A stretch of 61,445 bases of DNA, filler included, from Basidiobolus ranarum (lineage: Eukaryota): assembly GCA_040143965.1 (NCBI GenBank). It is 5 parts of 5 records of this genome, joined end to end, with 100 filler letters (N's around TTAATTAATTAA, not from the genome) between each part and the next. Parts side by side here need not be neighbours in the genome. Positions count along the whole stretch, not along the records: positions 36,965 to 49,157 come from JASJQH010000560.1; positions 49,258 to 61,445 come from JASJQH010000561.1; 3 more parts are not named here. The stretch is one strand, 5' to 3'. Below the pieces are notes generated by a model. It did not search any database. It saw only the letters and a list, made by a program, of their open reading frames with translations, and was not told where the DNA came from. Positions 39,596 through 52,042 of the stretch are shown here, in pieces (positions within the stretch are counted from its first letter, which is position 1; the number at the start of each line of letters is the position of its first letter). The translations under genes and the position numbers were made by a program.

Positions 39596-40840
39596 ATGCG
39601 GGTTCAGATTTGTTCGAAATGCAAACAACCCATGAAAGGTCATATATGTCCTTTATGGAACGAACCCTCAGCAAGGTCAAAAAGACAAAGATCTGATGAA
39701 AGTGATAGGTATGTACGTGTATTGAGGAATTCAGAGATTTCCTTTTGCCTCTTTTTAACACGTTTCCAATATTCTGGCACTTATCCATATGTCTAAAATT
39801 TGATATCTTCTAGTCAAAGTCTACAAGACAATGTCAGTCCACCTGCAGCAATCCCTCAACTGCAACCTAATTCTACCTAGTACGTGCCAAATTATCTATT
39901 GTTTTTACTCACATATAGCGTTTGGTTGATAGAACTCAATCTCACCTGGTATCTTCTTAGTGCTCAAGATGTTTCCGAAACAGTAAACAAAGTTGCTCCA
40001 ATCCAGTCTGGTTTTGAAGAAGGTACATGCAACTGTGAAACAACTTTTCTTACTTTCAAACGACTGTCTTACTTTTGGTTTCTTTATTGTAGTAAAGCAG
40101 CCTAGTCCAATCCACTCGGAACACAGTACAAACCCACTATTCCAAAATACCATTCACCATCCTTTAAACGGGTATATATTTTTTCATTTTCGTTACAAAC
40201 CAAAGCTATTATACGAAAATGTATATATATATATATTACTTGATAATATATTAATATAATGGAAATGTCTTCAACCAGGTCGAATCATGGCCCACAAGTA
40301 GTTGAATACTCTGCAGTTGGAGGTAATTATTCGTTTATTACTCTGAATTGTGCTACTATACCAGTCTAGAGCCAATCGAGAACTATAAAGTTAAGTTATA
40401 GATGTCTAAGAAGACTTTTTTATATAGAAAACTACCAAAAGAAAATGGAGAAATACGGGGAGATGTCTGAGGGACTGATGCAACGGGTAAGTATTATCAT
40501 TGACAAGTACTTCAAACTATCGCTCTAATTTCTCTTTAAACAGGCTGCACAGATCTATAAAGAAGACCGAGCTATGATTATCTTATATGTTACTAGCACC
40601 GATCCGTATCAAAACGCGATCAAAAGATTCGTTAGTGAGCCCCTAAAAGCAGAAACTAGCTCATTTCAAATGGTGGATCGTGGTGCACTCGAATTAATCG
40701 AGACGTGTAAGAACTCCTTGACTGCATCTCGCGACGAATTGCTGGAGATCTTAAATGAGAGAAATCGAGAGCTGGCAGAATCTAGAAGAGAGATTGATCA
40801 GCTAAAGCGAGAAATATCTAAGCTTCCTTCACTAAAATAA
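39596..40840 (+). CDS. Hypothetical protein with N-terminal CxxC-x4-KGH-x-C zinc knuckle, possible degenerate MADS-like segment and C-terminal coiled coil, ~7 exons
   Basis: Starts MRVQICSKCKQPMKGHICP. In-frame GT-AG exons lead to ENYQKKMEKYGEMSEGLMQR|AAQIYKEDRAMIILYVTS and end in ELLEILNERNRELAESRREIDQLKREISKL. Confidence 0.7.
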
Positions 40841-41249
40841 GTTTTTTCTTCGGTGTGCCTCTTCACATATCGGATGTTTTTCAATACATTATTATACATT
40901 GATTCTCGTTGGTATACGATGCTGTTTATCCCTTCTCAATGGAACTCTTCACCTTCTAATCACAAACAATCGAGTGGAATTTTAATGACCAAAAGGAGGA
41001 CTGTCGTATCAATCACTCTCCTGTCCTAACATACTTTTAAACTTCTCTTCGGTATTATTCAAGTCTCAGAATGCATAGCCTTTCGCAATTTGTGATGTAT
41101 AAATATTTGGTTTCTTTATTGTTTTTGTTAGCTTTTGTTCATGTTCTTTCAGATATAGTGAATTTCGTTCCCTGGCTCTACTTGTTTAAATAATTGTGTT
41201 GGTGTTTTTAATTCATCTGAACTTGAAAATTGTTCAAAAGATCAATATC

Positions 41250-43050
41250 TCTTCTCGATAATGTTGAGTAAAAGTCGTTCCTCATCCAACATTTTATTAA
41301 TTCATTGAATGGTTTTTGATGATTTTCGAATGCCATTGCTTTGCATGTAAAAATTTATCGCATTCCAAAAGCTTCGGAGAACTCCAAGATAATATAAATA
41401 AACCATTTGAGATGATCAATTTAGGTTACGTTATATTGTTGTTCATAAGAGAATATTTGAAACACAGAATTCAATACATCATCTGATTTGATCACAAATG
41501 GGGTTATTTCTATTCAATCGTTTTGCAAACACTTCTTGATGAGCTGAAGGAAACCCCGTGTTTTTCAAGAAGAACGGCACGGGGTATCATTTCATAATTG
41601 CATTGAAAAATTTCTTGATAGTTGTGGTAAATTAGATCATAACTCCATTGATTTATACGTGATAAATGGTCTCTTACTATTGATGTGCTAATTGGAGCAG
41701 TTACGAACTGACCTGTAATGGAGTTAACAACCATCCGCTTCTCATTGCTAATTCATGGTTGGTAAAAATCTGAACAGCTTTATGCTTCTCTAGAACAGGC
41801 TTATTCCACCAAGCCAGGGGTTATTAGACCTCGGATCAAATATTAAAGCGACATTGATTGAGATCAGGTGTATTTAGCCAACATATTTGCTCCAATATCA
41901 AATATTCGGTTGAATATATAATGGAGCGTCAATATTTACATTATTGTTTTCTCTTGTAAGCTCTAGCTTCTTTGCGTCCTAATAATGATTTTGTTAACGT
42001 GGATACACATAAAGCTCTAACTAAAGTTAATCAATCTTGAAATTTTCAAGTACATCAGACTACGACGATCCAAACAAGGTCACTGACCTCACAAAACAGT
42101 TCGATGTGTAACCCAACTCGTAGGTAATCCTTGAGCAAAACCTGTCAAACTCTAGAACAGTAGAATTTACCCCAAGAGGTTCAAGTCAGATGGTAAGGCA
42201 TACAGAGTTGTCCAGCTCGTGTATCACCTTCAGCTGGAAGTCGGTAAAGCCTTTATTGAATTTTCATCATTGATCATGTCTGCACTCATGAACCTAAAAC
42301 CAAATCATTTAATGGGATGCTGATGAGTCAATATGGAGTAAAGTGCTTGACTTCGAAGTAGCTTACGTTATAAACATAAATTTCTAGCTTGCATTTGCAG
42401 TATTTACTGATGTTATAAGCAGTTGGGTACCTCTAGTTTTTGGGATCCACAATCATGAAGTATCAGTAACCCGACCAGATGTAATATTTCTTTTATTTAA
42501 TGTGATTCCAAAAGTTCATAGAGATGAACTGAGGCGAAACTGATTCAAGACGAACAATAACAATAATAGTAAATACTCCTTGATAAGTGTAAATGATTAC
42601 CACCTTAACTGATGCCCTACCATCGGGCATACCATCAGGTAAAAATACTTGTTCAATAATTGAAACAGATGACATGATTTGCCCATTCTAAGAGACCATA
42701 AACACCCGAAACTAGACCAAAAATATCTCGTTAGTGAATCCATCTCTCTAAGCACTAAACAAATATTTTCACTAACAATGATAGATGGATATAAATTAGC
42801 AAAACTCATACAAGCACAGTTTTCGTACATTTCAGGTTTAGGACCTAGTCAAACACTGTGGTAGATAGCCCAACGAGGCAATCCTCCCCAATTCGGAATA
42901 GAAGTATCTAGTGTTTTTACACTAACCAACTAATATAAAATTGTCGATCATCTGAAGTCCGTGATATCAAGCTCAATTTCAGCATGTCCTTACGGCAAAA
43001 TTTCGGCTATTATAAATCACTCGAATATGCCAACACAACCCCATCTTCAG
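41250..43050 (-). pseudogene. Decayed family-B DNA polymerase (possibly of large DNA virus origin)
   Basis: Motifs occur in the correct order: ExoIII-like IAE/CRKDML (~42980-43010), region II PKPEMYENCACMSFANLYPSIIVSENIC (~42760-42840), YQGVFTII, region III KRMVVNSITGQF...TSIVRDHL (~41660-41745) and MAFEN..PF (~41310-41340). Many stops and frameshifts; no evident introns. Confidence 0.7.
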
Positions 43051-44522
43051 AATTCGCCAGTGTGGAGTTTGCCGCAAGCTAATTCATATACTATACTTGA
43101 TCCACAGTCAGCTAGGTGCAGCAAGTCTTCGATGGACTATAAATAACTCCCTGAGATCGCCCTATTCATTTCCCATTGATATGATCAGTTTATTATACGA
43201 GTGATTCATTCAACCAACGTTATACATATCCTAGATTTTCAGTCATGAGACAATTCTACCATCGGGTTTTTCTAGCAGTTGGGCTATCAAGAAATATCCA
43301 TGTCTATATTTAGTGTACGATGATGTAATATCCACCAATCAAATGCTCGCAATGGTGGACTGGGGATTAGTAGATGAATCTGCCTGTTTGAAGTGGACTT
43401 TTGTTAGCGCTGTGGCGCAGTCTGGCAGCTGCTATATTCCACCGGTTTGCGGTTGAATATGGTTGGAGCATAATTTCTACAATGCTTATTTTAAAAAATG
43501 ACATCATACTCCATAGTTGCTCAATTAGACCCTTGATGTGAGGCCGAAAAAGACTCGAAAGTGTGAAAAGTGAATTCTTAGTTTAGCAATACATGGAAGT
43601 GGCAATTTGAGGGGTAATGGGTCTCTGACTATGCAGTCCTCACAGTATTCATGACATAGCTTACTTGTGTCCTTTAAATGGGTTTTGATATGAACTTATT
43701 AAGCTTAACCATAAACTGCATCATAGCTCGGTTCAAGCCCATCGCCATATCTCCAGTGATTCGGTCACACAAGTCAGCATAACTGCAGCGCTTCAGATCG
43801 AGGTTTTCTATGAATCGAATATTCACTCGACCATTCTCATCTGAAGGAGAGATCCACACTATCCAAAAATAGTTGCGCAATATGTTAATTCTCAGCTTGA
43901 TTTCGTAACTTGCAATTGTTGATACCTCGTCAGCCAAGCTTTGCAATGGTTTACCAACCTTACCCATACCAGAATAATGGTAAAGCAGAGGCCCTTAGAG
44001 GTTTATCTGAGCCGCTGGGCACGTTCCTTTGCCTGCCGCAGGTGCTGTTCCAATATTTTCCCATCATGATCAGACCACTAAACTAGTTTTATACAAATCA
44101 TCTGTAAGTTCATAATTAGATTGATGCTTTGATACATGTATATTTATAATGAAATCAATACAACTTTCCAATATGTTCCAAAGTAGGAATATCTACCTCT
44201 AGACATGGGTGATTATAAGTGCCCTTTTTATCAATCTAAATTCTGAAACGAATTCCTTCCCCATAAGCTTTACTGTTTTGCTAAAACGCTCCAAAACTAA
44301 GCGACGACTGGAAAACCAAACTTACCTTATCACTTCTGCCTATTGTAACTATTTTCGTTAAAGAATAGGGCACTTACTTCTAACTCTATATAAGATATCC
44401 TTCCACAAACGGTTATTGTTTCCAATTATATGTTGAGAGTGTTTTCAACATCCCAATTCAACAAGCTTTAATTTGAAGAATCACTTGAAAACATAAATTA
44501 TCTCGAGCGCAGAGCATTAAAC

Positions 44523-47341
44523 ATGAGCAACCCATTTCATAATCTTACCCAGGAAGATATAGATTATGGCAATTACCTCGAATCTTCCAACTCCCAATTC
44601 AACTCTTCCACGATTCCCATGAACCCAGGCGTTTCAGACGCAACTGTGGGCGGTGATATGAGCGATTCTGGAAACTTCGATTTCACACATAGAAACTAGT
44701 AAGTAATATAATTTTACTCAGCATTTGACATGTAACAGTGCCGGGATGATTGGCTAATATGCGAGATTTATCTAACAATTTCTGTTTCTATATTTTTAGT
44801 GCTGAAAATCCCAACGGAGAAACCTCTTTGTCTGGCTCCAAAGCTACTGATTCGGACAATTCACCTGTCGGTCCCTATATACTGAATGCACAACTATTCA
44901 ACTCGGTAAATAACCCTATGGCGAACAGTATAGGCACTTCAAGTAACTCCCAATATACTCACCAGCCGCTACTGGGTGGATATACTACCCCTCTTAACAT
45001 AAACTTGAGCACCGTAAACTCTGATCCTGAGAAATGTTAGCTTTAAAGTGATTACCTTCAATATTTGCATCCAAGTAACCTTATTATTCCCAATAGTGGC
45101 CAGTACAACTTTAGGGAATTTCCCTGGGTTATACTCCAATTCAGGATTCGATATGTTAAGTGTTTTGGTATGTATTAATATGGTATACGTATAATGGTAG
45201 ATAGGATGATATCCTTCATTGCAACATAATTATAGCAGAGTCAAGAGATTTCGTTTATACTCTACATGTTTACATTGGATTAACAATTGTTTTACTTTTG
45301 ATTTACTCTCGCTTAGGCACGCGTGGCTAACCGGTGCGTAAATTCATATATTTCGAATCTTTACAAAAAAATGAACCAAGTTCATTGAATCTTCCGCTGC
45401 ATGGATTTAAAAGTATTGTGGTTTACTCACCTAGTTTTTCTTGTATATTCTTATAGGCCTAATCCACAGATCAACCTTGGCCCCGTAGACATGAGCTGTG
45501 CTTTTTTAGTTGGTAAGGCTTATTTACCGAATTACTACTTCGACTTTCACAATTTAGAACTTGTTAAATTTATACGCCATTAACTCCTGTAGTGGATGCT
45601 CGTCAATTTGACTTCCCCGTAGTTTACGCCAGCCAGTCCTTTGAGAATCTTACTGGATATAAAGACGTAGAAGTTATCGGTAGAAACTGTAGATTTCTAC
45701 AATCTCCTGATGGTCAAGTCACTCTTGGATCCCGCAGACGATATACCGATAATAGTACCGTTCATCACATCAAGAAATACATACTTCAAGGAAAAGAAGT
45801 TCAGGTCTCATTTGTGAACTACAAAAAGGGTGGACAGGTGATTTTCATATTTCCATATAATCAATGCACCCGCCATTCTAACAATCTAATCTAGCCATTT
45901 GTGAACCTTCTGACTATCATACCCATCTCATTTGGAAGTGGCGAGGAGATTACACACTTTGTTGGATTTCAAGTAGTAAGTAGTAACATGTTTTGCCGAT
46001 TTACTAGTATCAATTACTAATTTACTTGGCTTCTTCCAGAATCTAATCGATCAACCCAACAACATTCTACAAAAGATGCAGGGTAAGTGACCATTTTGTT
46101 CAGTATCATTTCTACGTTGATAGAGAAACTAACCTACTACTACTACGAAAGATGGCACTTACATGGTGAACTATAACATGATGAGTATACAGCCTCTACT
46201 CTGTTCAGGTAAGCTATGACCGCATTGGCCCCAAAGCTGACTTCTTCTCACACACATTATACACTTCACTCTACATATTGTAGGTATATTTCAGAGGCCA
46301 TTGAATGAACATTTTAATACCGTACCCATGTCTCCAGACTTCCCGGCTACTTCTGAGGTATATGAATTGATCGAAGCCAGTGAGACTTCTGACCAAGATG
46401 TCGTGGTAAAGTTGTGGAACCAAATGCTTTTAGAACATTCAGATGACTTTATCCACGTTCTTTCACTCAAGGGGATATTCCTCTACTGTTCTCCTAGTTG
46501 TAAAAAATTGTTGGGATACGAGTCAGGAGAGCTGATTGGGCGAAACATATCGATGATATGTGAGCCTAGTGATCTAATACCATTGATGCGAGAATTCAGA
46601 GAGGCAGGTACCCAAAAAGAAAAAGAACCCCTATGCTTTTTGTACCGGATAAAAAGTAAGCATTTGGGCTATTTTTGGTTCGAAGTTCAGGGCAGACTTT
46701 ACTCGGAACAAGACAAAGTAAGAAAATGTCTTGTTCTTACCGGTAGACCAAGACCTATCTATAAATTATCCGTAGAAGCTCTTCAGCAGTGTGGTGGTCT
46801 TTCTGAGAGAGAATTTTGGTCCAAATTAACTCTGGATGGTATGTATCTTTATGTGACGAATAACTCCAAAAAGATCCTCGAGCTGGCACCCGAGGAGTTA
46901 GTAGGGACTTCTCTATATCAAATGATCCGATTTGATAGAGCCACTGCGCTGACAAGGGCTTTACAACAAGTAGCGGAAGGAACCACTGTGAAACTCAAGC
47001 ATAAGATGCTGAACAAGAAGGGCAACCTCGTGGATGTTGTTAGCACATTTTACCCTGGAGATGCCATTGAAGGAAAATCTGCGACATTTATTTTATGCCA
47101 ATCTAAAGAATCACTGGACGCTGATGGATCATCAGACGACGGAAGCACCACATCTTCAGCACCTTCGCCACAAACCAACCAAAAATCCACAAGTACGGAT
47201 AATCTTTTCGCGACGTTAGATCCAGGTAGCAATACCACATGGCAATATGAACTTCATCGACTTCGTATCGCAAACCAACGTTTGAGGGATGAGCTACAGA
47301 ACTTGGCGACTCGCAAAAGAGGAAGAGAACTAGTAGCCTGA
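44523..47341 (+). CDS. wc-1: White Collar-1/MadA-type blue-light photoreceptor (LOV + 2 PAS), ~10 exons, no GATA finger
   Basis: GLYSNSGFDMLSVLARVANRPNPQINLGPVDMSCAF, LOV motif GRNCRFLQSPDG with the photoactive Cys, NYKKGGQPFVNLLTIIP..FVGFQ, PAS DFIHVLSLKGIFLYCSPS, EFWSKL..DGMYL and TWQYELHRLRIANQRL. Confidence 0.93.
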
Positions 47342-49157
47342 TGAATACAAGCCATTACATTTCCAACAACATCATCGATATTCATTCGAGGATAATACAT
47401 TTAGAGCCATGAATTATTGCAAAAACCCATGTTTCCTTTATTACAATAGATGACACTGCTCCGCTTCTTTATACCTGAATCTCCATTCACACCCACCTAT
47501 TTTTCTAACGTTATTAATTCGGGATGATTTTCAAACGACGAGCTGCATTCGATGCTCCCATAGTGTATCCCTCTGGGATATCTAGCTCTACACCACCTAG
47601 GAATGATTTTTTCATTATTTTTATTAATGTTGATTGCAAATTCTCTCGCAGCAACTCACACCTTCTCAACCTTCTATACACATTATTACCCCATTTCCTA
47701 GGATATTTTATAATTGTAGAATCATCGTACTTGTTATCCAGCGTTTTCCTTTTCGAATTGTACATTTGTTACGCAACTCAATCACCTTACTTTTGGCTCA
47801 ATCATTTGAGAATAAAATTCCGGTATTGTGAGAGAATATACATGAATTATGACATGAAGTACCCGCGATTAATAAATCAAGTATTGTTAACGATGCAAGA
47901 CTGTCGTACCTCGTGAAAGAGCAAATGCGATTGATTCCTTTTCGACCTTATCATTAACCGGGATCCAATTAAACGAGGTGTGAGCAGTGGCTCTCGGTCT
48001 CATTCTAATGATTATGATGATGTCTGTGAGATGGGGAATGCCAAGAAATTACAACTCAATCCTCAGAACATTTCGATGGTTGCGCTGGCTTATAGATCGG
48101 TCGGCAGAGTGGTTGGATTCTTTGTGCAGCCATACCGAGGGTAACGATCCTCCACAAATTTAGTAGCATGGTTGGCTTATTTTGGGAATTGACAGCAATC
48201 CAAATAATTCATCCAAAAATACGGAAATCGTAAGATCTGGTGTACAACGGTGAAGGAGAAATTCAATAATCACCGTGGTTTTCCGATTTACTCGATTTTA
48301 ACCCGTCGATAGAATGTTATCAAGAAATCAGCTCATATGGTATCCATCCCAGCTTCATGTTTCTGCCTTAGAGCAGAGTACAATGTTATGATTAGTTACT
48401 CTGAAACAAGGTCGTACCGAGAGAGCCAATGGTAGACGACTATTTGTGAGAGTTGGGGATATCGAGTAGAGTTGCTATTATAGGAAATACATATGGTTTT
48501 CACTCAATTGTTTTCATGAAATCCATCCGATCTGAGTCGCATCGATCATTCAATTGGGGAATAATTATGTAATGAAGACTTCTAGAGGATTTGTTCCATA
48601 TATGATACCCGTGTAATACAGTGTTTGATATCCAATGGCGCCATCTGAAAAATGCATATTTTATTTCTACCCAGCTGACTTGATCAGAACTTGAATCACG
48701 GCCGATGAATATGGTCCGTTCTTCAGAAATCTCAGATTGAAGAGGTTCTCACCAACACAGTTCGTATTCGAATGGGTTGAGGATTAGAAATCCAATTCCG
48801 GAATGGATATATATCTAAACTTAGTTCAATGTACAAGGTTAAAGATATAAAATAAGATTTACATTCATTTTTACTTGGAGAGGAAATGTCATAGTATTGT
48901 ATTGAAATTCCACTATACTTCGAATTTACATTTATCAGCAAGATCATGTGGCTGATATTGATCGTCGAACATTGTATTGACATGGATCACACCTACATCA
49001 TTATCCAGGTAGGAGTATATTTAATTCAAGATGAATCCTGTTGCACTCTAGTTACGTAGCTCACAACATAATATTGCTGGTTCAACATATTTCGAGATTT
49101 CTTAGAAATGTGTGCTAATTATTGAAAAGTATATACAGTGATGCTATGGCCCTAGAA

Positions 49158-49257
49158 NNNNNNNNNNNNNNNNNNNNNNNNNNNNNNNNNNNNNNNNNNN
49201 NTTAATTAATTAANNNNNNNNNNNNNNNNNNNNNNNNNNNNNNNNNNNNNNNNNNNN
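49158..49257. other. Assembly gap / contig linker
   Basis: N run with central TTAATTAATTAA. Confidence 0.98.
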
Positions 49258-50215
49258 ACTTTTCCTTTTATATATGTCTCACTCAACCTTTACAATAGTC
49301 TTGAGTAGTATAGTTAACGCATGGCTATCGTTTGTTCTGTATGGTGTCTTCTACCGTTTTCATCTAACTTGTTATTTGTGCTAATCTATGAAACTAACTT
49401 CTTTCCGGTATAGAGCAACTGTCGACACAAATGTTCCAAAGATTCAAGGTTGGAAATTACCTAATACATGCAATATAGGAAAATGATGTACATCTCAAGA
49501 GACGCTGATCACTAGTGTTGAAGATACCAGTCGAAATCTCAATATTAATTCACAGGGCGTTAGGTAATTATTTCCATAGACATTCTATTGTCAAAACATT
49601 CTAACATATATGGATAAATAAAAGTGGCGATCCTGTGAATAATTGAGCATCTATTATTGATCTCACATCTAGCTTATCCTCACATGAGTTACACGCCAAA
49701 GGTGGGGTGGCCATCACATTATGCTTTCTAGTTTGAGCCTAGTTTAACATAGCATGAATCTCGACCTCGACAATCTTGTTCAATAGATTTCGGTTCCGGA
49801 GCTAGAGATGTTCCTACCAAAGATGATTAGAATACAGCTATAGACGATATGTTCAGCCACTTCCCTACTCGGTAGTAGTGCTTCCACGTACTACTCTATA
49901 GGATTCGATCATAATAATTCTCAAGTTTGCAAGCTACTTGCGCAAATGCGGTGATGAAGTTAACCGAAATTTAGTGGCAAATAAATACATGGGATTAAAA
50001 ACTCCTAAGAATACAAGGTTCAATGATGGAATGATATGTAGAAGTTCATGCTACCACAAAAGTATAACCTCGAAAACCACGTTAAAAATTATAATTACAG
50101 GACCTTAACTGCGTAAAGACGGAAGTAATAGTCACTAAGTTAGTGGATATAGCGGGTATAGATTACTTCATGACTAAAGATCGAATATATAAGGTTGATA
50201 TGTCTAGTACATCAC

Positions 50216-52042
50216 TCACTGTAATTTAAGGGTGTCTTGAGGTAGGTCATTTAAGTTTCTGTTGGAACTCACGGCTGACAGCCCAGAGGAATACTCATCA
50301 CGCTCTATGAGAAGGCTTTTAAGAAGAGATTTCTGAGAAGAAAACCGCATGTTAATTTTTGTTGAACTCTTTCATCACGATGGAAATATTGAGTACCTCA
50401 ATTTCTAGTTCTTTCACTCTCTCTTCAAGCCATTCGCTGTCTCTCTGTGTTAGTCTTTCATGGATAAGCTCCGCCTCCAATCCCTTCACTCGTGCCTCTA
50501 AATACTGATTCTTTTCTTGAAGATAAAGTGTCTCTGTAGTTGATTCATTTCCTGCACTAATATCGGATTTTTGCGTAGAATGTAACGAGCCATTACCATC
50601 ATTTGAATGAGACGACACAGAGGAATCTCGGCAAATAGCGTCAAACGAAGTAGCTTCTAGGTTACATTCAGCATTACTTGCAGTTCGGAAACCTTGATAC
50701 GAGCAGGAGCTACTAAATGGCGTATTATTTGATCGTTGAGAAAATGTAGAAGGCGATGAATGCCTCGGTGGTATTGATAAACAATGGCTATTTGCATCAT
50801 ATAGATTTGATGAATGATCTGGAGAACCAATACGAGGCTGCATCTGAGTCTTCTCACCCATAGGGCTGGGAAGTGTTAAACTAGGAAAACCTTGGCCGAC
50901 ATAGGAATTCTTAACTTTGTCATCTGGAACAAACTTATTTCCTAGAGTTCCTACTGAATTAGGTGGCATTAAATTGTTATTAGATGTTCGAGAATTTTCT
51001 TCCGATTGATGGGTATATAACGGATGGTTTGAGCCTGGGGACAGTAAATGAGTTTGCTCGTAACATGAATTCACCTTTGGTTCAATTGTGCCAACCGGAG
51101 ATTTGGTACGCTTTGGTATAGAGCAATTAGAAGGTATTAAGGATGTATAATTCTGTGCCCCTTTTTTGTTAGAGTTTCCAGACTTTTCTGCTCCGCTCTC
51201 CCTTTCTTTACTAAGACCTCTAGAACGAATTCCTCTACTCATACCACTACATCCACCCCCACCTTCGCGCTCAGCCTTTAGATGTCGGTTTAGAGCGTCG
51301 AGACGAGCGAACGATCGCTCACATATTGTGCACTGATACGGACGCTCCCCGGTATGCAACTTACTGTGTCTCTTGAGATCATGATGCCTGCGGAAATACT
51401 GATTGCACACTTTACATTGATAGGGTCGCTCCTGTGTATGAGTCAAGTAATGGGATTTCAGGTTATGCTGGCGACTAAACGTTTGATCGCATTGATCACA
51501 AACAAAAGGTTTCTCGAGGCTCGAGCCACTACTAACTTGATCCCCAACCGACGTACTAACTCTTGAGGAAGGCGCAATATCCTTGATCTTTATGGGGAAT
51601 GTGGGGATTTCATTACATAATTTTGGTGACCCTTTGTTGGCTATGAACTATCGGGAAGATGGGTGCATTGGAGAATAGAAAGTCTGGAAGGCAAGCACTG
51701 AGTTTGCTTTTGAGAGGGTAAAGGAGCCAAGATTTTAAAATCATCAGTATTTAGGGGAGATCCAATGGCATAGGGAGTCATTTTGGAAGAAACATGAGAG
51801 CTGCTATGGTCCATTACCTCCAATGAAGTAGTTGCATAGCTATTGGCTGCAGTGGCTGTCGATGCTAAAAGGCCTATATTCGATTCGCTCGCCAAGCATG
51901 GGCTTTCCTGTGAACTATAATTTACAGTGGATGAGCAATGACGAGTGGACTTGATAGGAATTGATAATTTTGGCTGCGGGAGACTCTCCATCTTGGTGTT
52001 GCAAGGAATACAGTCCGTACTTAACCTTACACTAACGTTCAT
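50216..52042 (-). CDS. C2H2 zinc-finger transcription factor (3 fingers) with C-terminal coiled coil; 5' structure ambiguous
   Basis: KPFVCDQCDQTFSRQHNLKSHYLTHTQERPYQCKVC...HTGERPYQCTIC...RLDALNRH, and C-terminal LEERVKELEIE|KSLLKSLL after a short intron, with the stop at 50216. The upstream ORF 52042-51641 is in another frame and joins only by a 170-nt intron or a 1-nt frameshift. Confidence 0.82.

Noticed and set aside
47514..47916. Overlapping ORFs downstream of wc-1 considered as the missing zinc-finger exon
   Set aside because: No GATA Cys pattern; the composition is typical of AT-rich non-coding 3' sequence.
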